Made by a program: the position numbers and the translations under genes. A stretch of DNA of 59,339 nucleotides, the filler included, from Bipalium vagum (Eukaryota), in the NCBI GenBank assembly GCA_037834085.1. It is 3 parts of 3 records of this genome, joined end to end, with 100 filler letters (N's around TTAATTAATTAA, not from the genome) between each part and the next. Parts side by side here need not be neighbours in the genome. Positions count along the whole stretch, not along the records: positions 1 to 19,704 come from JBBMKC010269789.1; positions 19,805 to 38,050 come from JBBMKC010034827.1; 1 more part is not named here. The stretch is one strand, 5' to 3'. Shown in pieces: positions 1-20,830 of this stretch. Every line of letters starts with the position of its first letter. Position 1 is the stretch's first letter. The notes under the pieces are model-generated. The model had not been told where the DNA came from. It saw only the letters and a list, made by a program, of their open reading frames with translations, and did not search any database.

Positions 1-73
1 ATTTTGTAAAATCATAAATGTTATTATTAATGAAAAATAATGTGATAAAATCAAAAAATTATAATAAGACTAT

Positions 74-233
74 AGTAGTAGGGAAATGGTTAAGATAAAT
101 AAATATTCAAGCTTTAAAATATAGATTAAAAAGCATCATTTTTGTCCTAAGTTATGAGGATGAAAATGATATGTTTTTTAATTTATATTTTAAAGCTTGG
201 GTATTGGTTTATCTTAGCCATTTCCCTACTACT
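74..233. repeat. Foldback / MITE-like inverted repeat (~75-bp arms, ~8-nt spacer)
   Basis: AGTAGTAGGGAAATGGTTAAGATAAA...CATTTTTGTCCT (74-148) is the imperfect reverse complement of AGGATGAAAATG...CCATTTCCCTACTACT (157-233). The right end reads (A)CAGTAG on the minus strand, like a Tc1/mariner terminus. Confidence 0.8.
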
Positions 234-249
234 GTCGTTGTTTATTTTT

Positions 250-1260
250 AACGCATGCAGCTTTAATGAACGCAATTAAGTTATCCACATCCGGAAAATA
301 ACTTTTAACTTTCATTGCACAATTTTGAAGCAAATGTGTTTTTAATGCTCATGCTAAGCTTGGCGGGCTGGGAATCATCACAGCAGTTAACGATTATATT
401 CTACAGAAAGTTGTACATGCCTTTCGCATGCTCATACTTCGCTATTTAATCTGTTCCGAACTTATCAGTAATAATGCGTAATACCATCCATATTGCACTT
501 GACTGGCTAAATGGAGAGAAACTGCTTGTAGGAAATGTGGCCACCTGGTGGATGAAGATTAGAAAAAGTGTTGCAGAGTTAGAGCGCAAATTCAAAATTC
601 AGGTAAAATTCCGCTTGGGCCAAAAAGGTATATAAGTGGAAATACAGTCAGAGATCAGTACTCCAGGTATTGCCTACTTTGATTAATTGGGGAAGAATAA
701 AACTTGCAGCTATTTACACCAACTAATCGGCATCACTTACTTCAAACTTTGGACCAACCTCAAATCACAAGGTCACATGGGAGAAATGATCGCAATGGAC
801 CCATTATCCAATAAAGTCATAATCAATGAAAATCTGTCCACCCAGGACTGATCTTTACTGTGAAAGCCTGGAATAATATAATATTGCTGAACTATTCGCC
901 TTATAAGGCTTCAGAAGGAAGAAATGTATTATGTAGGTGGGGCTGCACGTTTGCAGAAACTCAAGGGCATGTCCTTTGCCACTGCAGCAAAGAAAGCCGC
1001 ATCAAAAGGCATAATGATATTATCAGAAAATTAGCATTATCATTATCCGAAAAACTTCAAATTCGATATGGTTAAAAAATGGCATGATTCGAAATTAAAC
1101 CAACTCGACTTCATTATAACAAGTGAGGTGAGAAAAAAAAATTTTGATCGATATAGAATAGCCCTATGACATAAAGAAGAATTTTGACGAAGCTAACAAA
1201 CTCAATAAAATTAAGTATGAATCACTTCGAAACGAAATTAAAGAAGTAGAAGAAGAAAAA
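250..1260 (+). mobile_element. Decayed non-LTR retrotransposon 3' part (RT thumb, CCHC knuckle, restriction-like endonuclease; R2/NeSL-type)
   Basis: Broken frames give HAKLGGLGI (thumb motif, ~350), CRWGCTFAETQGHVLCHC...KRHNDII (Cx3Cx7Hx4C then RHN; ORF 860-1075) and KP..F/ILIDI...K..KY REL-like motifs (1097-1220). Stops and frameshifts throughout. Confidence 0.75.
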
Positions 1261-2507
1261 GTAAAAATGTTAGTTCTACATTTATTTCCAATCTTAAGAA
1301 CATTTATTGCAGACTTGGATGCAGCTTGTGAACTGCAACAGCTGTAAAAACAAAGAGAAGCACAAAAGACAGATTTAGATAATATAGAAAGTGGATAATG
1401 GAAATTGAAAAATTGAAACCAAAAGCGAGCGAAGCTCTTGGAATTTAAAATTAAAATATGGATAATAACTTTATTTATATTAAATTTTCTTATTTTTATT
1501 AGATTATAAAATTAAAAATAAAAATTATAAAGTAAAAGAAGAAATTACTTTTATTCGAAATGAGTCAGAAAATAATTTTTTAATTTTACTGGTGATGCTA
1601 TAAAATAAACTATAAATATAAATAATAACAAAATAATAAATGTAGCTAATCCAATAAATGATAATGATGCTGTAAATTTAAAATATCTGAAGTAACATTA
1701 ACAAAATAGATAAAATTTTTAAAATTTACAATACAATCCTAAAGATGGACCAAAAATTTAAAATAAATAAAAATTGAAACTTGAATTATATCATGAAAAA
1801 TTTAACAAACATTTTTTATTATTTCTTAATTTATTCAAAAGATGACAAATTGAATTAAAAGATATAAATATAAAAGGTCTTAAGGCAATAGAAAATAGTT
1901 TCACAAAAATAAGAAAAGAATATGAATTCGAGAATTAATAAAAATATGAAGATGAAAATTAAAAAGTTTTCTTACAGTTGATGATTATGAAAACATGTTT
2001 CTAAAAATTAAACCTATTGGTTGTTGATATTCTTTTTGGAAATCTTTAACAAGAAATATTGTACAATCTAAAAACTTAGAAATCAATTTATCTAAGTTAG
2101 GGTATTTTGATGGAGACAAGATTTATTATTAAAAAATGAATTTACAATAATATTAATTGCAGACAAAAATTAATACACTATGAATAATGTTATAAATTTT
2201 GAATCAATAATTATCATGTTTTCTGTGGGTATTTACTCATAGGAATTATTTATGGTTGATGGAAAACCTTCAAAGAAAACATGCTAAAAGTTATACAGGA
2301 ACAGATATAATGTTTTTACGATATAGGATTTTGAAAAAACAGATACTCACTTACAAGATATTACTTTGATTATAATTCTAAAGAAAAATAGAATAGTGTA
2401 TAGAAATTATTATTATCAATATTATTATCCTGCTCTATAAAGTCAATATAGAAATTAAATCAATATTTACATTTATGGGAACTTTTTTACCTTCTGAATC
2501 AACAATA

Positions 2508-3670
2508 TGGTTGGAACAATTGACAATCCTAAACAAACTTATTTGTTGGACTGCAAGATTTGTAATATAAATATCGATAATAAATATGTAGTTCATCTGG
2601 TTGATAATCTATTAAAAGAGTATTCTATTGATAGAAATCATTTTTGTTTACTGTTATCTGATGCAACTTCATATAATTGTTAACCTATTAAATTACTATG
2701 AGCCTTGTTGTAACACTTAGCTCCTAAAGTTTAAAGATCGCTTTACTTTTGTCAAAAAATGTTCACAAATGAATGAATCAAAGCAACTACAAAAACACTT
2801 TATTTGAATTATCACAATTAAAACCACAATCACACAATCTTAAAAGTTAAATGTCTCGAAAAGTGCTACAAAATCAAAAATAAAGAATAATAATCAATCA
2901 ATCAAATAATATGAATTAAATCAAACTTTCGTTTTTTTTTTATAAAATTATGTTTATGTTAAACAGAAAAGCAAGAAAAAGCAATGATACTCTCACCGAT
3001 CCTGTCAACGACGGAATTGTTTGTTGAGCTCGATCCGATTTGCTCAGAAATCCCCTAACAGCGAAGAACCCATCGTAAGCTCCTGTCGCCTAATGGAGGG
3101 CATAACAAACTGTTTACCGAAATCTTTTGACAAATGGTTTCTTTCGTTTTCAATAACTTCTAATGCTTTCAATAGTTTCTGACGCTTGCAACGAAATTTT
3201 CTCTCTCTAGTTTTTTCTGTCAATCAACTGCGGACTCCAACTTCTTTTATACTTTTCTGGTCAGACTACTAATCAGTGGTAGACCAGCTTGATTAATGGG
3301 GAATATCATTTCCCTTTTTAGATCAATTATGCCAAATCGGTCCCTCCTTGCTGACCCTGATCTAATCTATGCAATTTAGCTTCGCCATTGTCAAGATTAG
3401 ATCCTTTTGGAAAATGATAAATTAATATTTTATTATTAATATTATTATAATTAACATTTGTACTTTTAAATTAATTATAATTATTATTTCATTTCCGACC
3501 TTTTTGCGGTCTTAATAATTAATTTATTAGTATTAAAATGTTCTATATCCCTTCATGATCTTTAGCAGATAATTTTACAATGGTTAATAAGCCAACAGAT
3601 GATCGCTGTCGGAAATTCCCTAAATGTGATGTTTCCACAATTGCTACATTTTACATGTATACAACATAAT
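2508..3670 (+). mobile_element. hAT-like (CGGBP1/DUF659-type) transposase fragment split by a solo LTR
   Basis: VGTIDNPKQTYLLDCKIC...FCLLLSDATSY (2508-2674) resumes after the LTR as MIAVGNSLNVMFPQLLHFTCIQH (3599-3668). Joined, this restores the hAT SDAxxYM...HxTCxxH motif. Confidence 0.7.
2678..3597 (-). mobile_element. Solo LTR, family copy A (~920 bp)
   Basis: Minus strand starts TGTTGG and ends TAACA, with TATA (GTATAAAAG) and AATAAA near the end. Long blocks are shared with 27855-28759 (e.g. TAATCTTGACAATGGC, AGATTAGATCAGGGTC.GCAAGGAGGGACCGATTT). Boundaries coincide with the break in the hAT frame. No clean TSD seen. Confidence 0.7.
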
Positions 3671-6600
3671 CATTTTTAGTGCAAAAAAATTCTTAATTAT
3701 CATACATAAATAATCATAGTACTATTAATTATAATTACATAATCTTAGAACATATTTTTTCTTACTCTCATTTTCATTATTCCCGGATTAGGGGGATTTT
3801 AGCGATGCATTATTCTCTTAAGCCTTATACTCCAACGTTGTAAGAATACTGACGGCCTAGGTCCCTTTGCCAAGCTGTTACAATGGACTCTTATCTGGGC
3901 TCACCAATTCCCTCGAAGGAAGTGTAAATAAAAAAGATTCATGAATAAACAAAGCAATTAACAAAATGAGGTATATTTGTTATCACAAATGCAAGGTTTG
4001 AAATCTAATTCACAATCAATCAATTAATAAAATACCTTCTTGACTTTATGATAGTCGAAGAAGTCCTGTTAACAAAAGTGTGTATTCTGTCATCTAAAGC
4101 GAATTACCAAGAGAACAGTAAAAAATAATATGAGAAAATATTTAAAAGTTAGTGATGAAAAGAATTTATTTCTATCACTACATAAACGTTAATTGATTAA
4201 TTATTTTATTTAACAATATCGGTTAACACTTTTTGAATTAATACAAATTCCTTAGCCATTATTATTACTAGCGTCTTAAGAGCTTTATGAATAGATATTG
4301 AAATTGTATTGTACGTTGTTAAGGGCATTTTGAATGTAAAAACCAAGAGTTTATATATTCCTGTTTTCCACATTCTAGAACTTCTCATTGGCACTATTCT
4401 AACTTACTAATATAATAATAATATATATATAATTTCTATTTTAGATAAGTTTTACTTTCTAATAATAAAATTGGCGTAGCAGTGTTATTATTTTAAGTTC
4501 TTATATTATAGAACTTACTATATTTAGTAACTTTACTCCCACGTCCTTTATTTATAAAAAGTTACTTTATTTCATAAATTTTCTAAATGATAATTAATCA
4601 TGTGGGTTATATTTTTAATTAATATATTAATCTCACATTATATATATATATTTTATTATATTTTAACAATATAATTTATTTATAATATAATTTTATTAAT
4701 TAAAAAAATTAATTTAAAAACTATTTTACATCACATTTATTTTTGAGAATTATAAAAATAAAGACAGTAGACTTCACAAAGCCTTTTCATGCACATTAAA
4801 TGTAAATTCAAATGTTTCCAATGTCTATAATCAATTTCGGACAGTTGTCGTCACCCTCCATCGGCTCCTGAGGTTCCTTGAGGTCATCAGCGATATCTGG
4901 AAGCTTTTTCTCTCAGGTTTCTGTTGTTTCACGTTATCGACAGTTTCAGAATTCAGAAACTCAAGCTTTTTTGACATTTTTATACGAAGAAAATAATTGT
5001 ATAGATTTAATAAGTGTCCTCTTTTTATCCTTTATTTAAGCAAATTATTTATCTAAAACTTTTATTACAATTAATTAAATTATTTAATTTTTAAAAAACG
5101 ATTTCAATTTATTAAAAAATTTATTTTACATTCTGGATTAAATTTGAATATATTACTTTAAAAATTATTTTAAAAATATTTATTTAATATTAATTAAAAT
5201 TTAATCCTTACAACCAGTATTACTGTAGATCCCAAAACATAAAAACTCTAAATGATGACAAAGACAAAACAACAACAATATTAATCATTCTCACCTCTTC
5301 AATATTATAATTAAAATGAATTACATTATTATTATATGAACATACTGAAACTGTACTAGCATGTATAACAGTTCTTTTTTGTACTCCCAATTATTATGAT
5401 GGGTATCTAATTTTTTCATTTAATTTCAACTGTAATCAGAAATAGATTTCGTTTAATTTTCCTGTGGGACTTCTGAATGGTGATGAATTTTCAGTAATTT
5501 CGCTAGCTGATCCTGCCATTATTAATTGTCCTTTTATTAACAGCTTTGAAAATCAAATATAAATAACAATTATAGCGGTCATTAAAAAAATTTATATCTT
5601 ATTTTAAAGAAAAACGAAAACAAAGTTTTAATATAATCTAAAAATCAAGAGAAAAATTTAACTAATCATTTCTCTGAAGATTTTTTTTCTTGCAAATTAG
5701 TAAGACGAATATTTATTTTCTAATTTATAAAAGTGATTGTATCAATAAAATTTTCTGCTGAAATAAATAAATTCATATTTATGAATTAATTTAACCATTT
5801 GCATTTATTTAGTTATAATATGCTTAATACTAATTAATAATCATAATATCTATTGCTATATAAATCGCAATTTTATCTACATTCCCAATGATCATAACAA
5901 GCCAACACATTATACTGAAAACAGAAACGAATAAGTGTGCTAGTAAAGATTAGATCTAGCATATTTCTAAGTTTACATAATCAATTACCAATTTAAATTT
6001 AACAAAGAAAGAAGCACTATCTCCTTGAAGAGTGCAAAATTCAAACAATTGTGCACGTCATCAATAATAATAAAACAATTATGTATTACTCAATTTTCAA
6101 AAATCACAAGATTTAGAGAACACAGTAACAATAAAGTAAATAATAGTAATAATAATTCTACAGATGTCATCGCAAATGACGTAATGTGATGATAATATTT
6201 GCACTGCAATGTCGACCGGTTTTCTAACCGCTTGTGCAAGAACACAAATCAATGAAATACTTCATGTAAAACACTACTAACAACTAACAGAATTCGATTC
6301 AATAATTTATAACCAAGTAATAATAATATTAATCATCATAATATTTTTTTTCACGTAATATTACCAAACACAGTCAAATATAAAGTTAGAACAATGAAAC
6401 AAGATCACAACTACCGCGGCAGCAGCCACACAAAAACAGCAACAGAAAAACGAAAATTGTGAGCCGACATATATTGCTTTTGTTAACCACTGAAAAAAGA
6501 GATTTCGTTCCTTTGTTGCTGCTCATTTTTTTACGCGATGAAAAAAAATTTTAAAATAATTTTTAATAACGATAATCAATATGTATATCATAAAATAATT

Positions 6601-6859
6601 GTAATAGTAATAAAGAAATGTTGAAACAGGAATGAGTTTATTTTTTGCAAGCCCCACATTTCTCAAAGGACCGACCTAATCACTAATCTTCTTTCTATTC
6701 GCGCTCTCGCTTAAACACAAACACACAATCAGACAGACAGACACAAACAAACAGATATTGTATAATGACAATCTGCTTTATAAAATGTAAAAAATCAATT
6801 TCAAGAATGTTTTTCCAATAAAAAAGTCGACATTCTTCGTCTCAACGCACAAACACTCT

Positions 6860-17566
<10,707 letters not shown>

Positions 17567-19063
17567 AGATAATAATTTCAATGGAAATGAAAGTAATTAT
17601 TTGTAAGCCAGCAATTATTGAACTTTCAACAAAAGTGAATCACTTAAACAAATGAGAAGAAAAATAAAATGCATTAAACAAAAGTTTTTTTTAATAATCA
17701 AACATTAATTAAGCAATTTATCAAGTATTTCAAAAATAATTTTCAATGATAAAATATTTTAATTTTTCCTTTTTCAAAATTTATTTAAAAATATTTAAAT
17801 TTAATTTTAAAAAATTTTCTGAAATATAAAATATATCCAATTAAATATACTTGCCCATTGAAATAGACTCAAACAAAAAATATCGTTTTTATAATCGTAA
17901 ATTCAATTTAAAATCTTTTTTTTACAGAATTCATTATTAAATACAAGAATAATGATTTATTAAACTAAAAGCATGAAAAAATGCTATACATATCTATTGT
18001 ACAAAATAAATTAATATTTGGTCAACATTCCCTTATTTTTAAGAAGGTGCACTCTTTATTGCATGCTTTTGACATAATTTATGGTTGTACATTCCAAAAG
18101 TGTTCATTTTCTTCCCATTTAATCAATATTGTCTATAACCTTGGAAAGATCATGTCGTTCTATAAAAAGTGACTACGAAATGTGAAATGATCGAGAAAAT
18201 AAAGTATTTGTGACATAACAACAAAAATGTTCAGCATATAGCCATAAATTCTGTCAAAATTTTTAACCAACCTGTACACTCAAGATCCCGATGATCCCAC
18301 AGATGGATAATATGAGTAGATTCAGTAACTCCAATCTGAAGTAGGAATGTGAAGTCCCCTGTAAAACTGATGGTTGTTTTCGTACTCATCTTCAAGTCAA
18401 TTCCATCTTCATCAAAACACTGCTTATAGTCATAGCGTACATAGAATTACAGAGAGACCAAACCCAAATCTTTATCATCCATTCTTACTCTGGGAATATA
18501 AGTGGTGTAAAATAAATGTGATAAAAATGAAACTCAAATATTTTTACTAAATAATAAATAATAAAATATTTCATAAAAATTCAAAATTTCTCTTAAAATA
18601 TGTCTAGCGAAAATTTAGCTGATATCCTTATTACTACTAATGAAAAACTGAAAGAGCAAACTTAAATTTTTTAACAGAAGAAAAAACATTCAAAATAAAT
18701 CATAAATTTTCACAAAAAAATATTATGAAATTTTTTTAAATGCAACAAATACTAACATTCATCAAGAAGATTTATTTCAATACAAAAATGATTTAGAATA
18801 TCTAATGAAAATTGCCGCCTATGAAAAGTACATAGAAATTTAGAAACAAAATATAATAACCTACCTATTTTAAATAAATTTGAAATTAAGCATTTTTTTG
18901 AAAGAAATTAGTTAATTTTTTAAATAAATAAATTTTAATTGTTTTTCTCTTACTTTTGTTATTTTTCTGAACAGTCAAACTTTTTCTTTACAAATAGAAA
19001 ACTAAAAAATTCAAAAAAGTTAGTTCTTCTTTTAAAATGTCGAGCTGAAGAACAGCAGCAAAT

Positions 19064-19370
19064 TCAATTATCCATCTCAATGAGTTTCAACCTATCAAAA
19101 TGTTTTATCTTTTGAAGAATGTTCTTTTCATGTTTTATTTTATGATGATTATAATCTAAGATTTTTAAATTTTGTAGGTAATATTATTACTTATTTAAAT
19201 TCTCATTATTACTGAAAACACTTAAAAACAGTTTATCAATTGAAAAATTTTCCATATAATACAACAGAAAGAAATATTACTAATTGTTTAAATCATATTT
19301 TAGAAACCATAACAAATTTTAATTATACTTACGTATAATGTTCGAATAACACTTCACATCCTTTTATTAC
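19064..19370 (-). CDS. Possible last two exons of an unidentified gene (VIKGCEVLFEHYT|LKLIEMDN*)
   Basis: 38-nt segment 19370-19333 has ctcag/gtaagt boundaries and is phase-compatible with a tgatag acceptor at 19091 that leads to TGA at 19064. No recognisable domain. Confidence 0.3.
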
Positions 19371-19704
19371 CTGAGAATATAATTGTTTTCTTTTATGTAG
19401 AAAAGGTGAAGTAGTAAATAAATTATTTGAATAGTTAGAAAAATTCTACAATTAGAACAAAAAAAATATTAAAGAAGTAATTTTTGAATTTCTGATTATA
19501 CCCGTTGGAACAGAAAGAAATTATGTTAATTATAGTTTTAATAATTCTAAAAAATTAATATTACAAAATTTTCCAAAGAATTAAATTAATATAATTCAAA
19601 ATAAAGATAAAATTTGTTAAGCAAGATCAATAACATGTGACGCCTATAAATCTGGACAAAGTTTGGTCCCTGCCATTACTTTCAATATTTTTAAAAACCA
19701 TATT

Positions 19705-19804
19705 NNNNNNNNNNNNNNNNNNNNNNNNNNNNNNNNNNNNNNNNNNNNTTAATTAATTAANNNNNNNNNNNNNNNNNNNNNNNNNNNNNNNNNNNNNNNN
19801 NNNN
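19705..19804. other. Artificial contig linker (N44-TTAATTAATTAA-N44)
   Basis: Exactly 100 bp, with a 12-mer giving stops in all six frames. An identical linker is at 38051-38150. Confidence 0.95.

Positions 19805-19876
<72 letters not shown>
19805..19876. repeat. (AAT)n microsatellite at contig edge
   Basis: Perfect AAT run, which produces the spurious poly-Tyr ORF 19749-19940. Confidence 0.95.
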
Positions 19877-19877
<1 letters not shown>

Positions 19878-20830
19878 GATTATTGATTTATTATTGTGTG
19901 ACGAATTGCACTGCTGATTGTATTTCAATGAACGTTTCAAATGTCATTTATTATCTCGTGTCTGTGAATAGAGGGATAGGAAAATCTCATGCTAATTGTA
20001 TATTTTATCAAAAACAAAAACTGATTTCCATTAAAAGTATGGGGAAAAGCATGAGAAAAATATTTAATATTTGAGTGGTTCAATTTATATCTGCTGGCAA
20101 ATCTCAATCCCCAGTAATAATGCCGTTCAACTGTTAGTTCCATTATTTGAGGAGTATCTCAAAATATTTTCACAAAAGTATTATTCAAAGAGAATCAATA
20201 TTTTCATTTCATAATTGACTTTCTTAAATAAGTTTCAGAAATTATTCTTGAACTATTTTTACAAATTGACTTTTATTTTATCAAGAATATGTCGTACGTG
20301 TGCATAAAAATGTCATACTTGTGGTCACTTTTACCGAGGGTTTTTCTAGTGAGAACACATCACACGTCTTTCGTGTCACTGATAATTTTAAAGTACAATA
20401 GTAGATATTAGCTTGACATGTTATAAACAAGATCCATCTATTACTGTTTTGTTAAATAAACATATTTCTACAGATGCAATCCATAAATTAAAACAAATAA
20501 TTAAAAAACGAATTATTCTGCCTATCTCTTGATGACAGTGTGCAAAAATTGTGTCACTTGCAACAATAGTACCAAAATTGATTCCAAATCAACAATTGCA
20601 ACTTCGGATTATAAATTCAATGAGTATAAAAAATCTCACGTACTCTTAGAATTGAAAAAATATTTTTAATTGATTATTTATGAGCATATATTAAATAAAG
20701 ATTTACATTGTGCAATATTTAGAAATAAGTGCAAATTCTGAGTGAAAATAATGAAGAAAAAACATCAATTATATAATCATTATCGGTCAGGTTATGCTTG
20801 AATGGTCATCTTTAAAACAATTAAACCTAC

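Noticed and set aside
5300-5545. Possible extra clathrin exon (LIKGQLIMAGSASEITENSSPF...)
   Set aside because: Clathrin already terminates at 6860; this segment has stops and no recognisable homology.
19749-19760. TTAATTAATTAA as a biological palindrome or piggyBac site
   Set aside because: Standard six-frame-stop spacer centred in Ns, repeated identically at 38095.
19749-19940. Poly-Tyr ORF; also the poly-Ile ORF at 31474-31800
   Set aside because: Translations of (AAT)n microsatellites and N linker.
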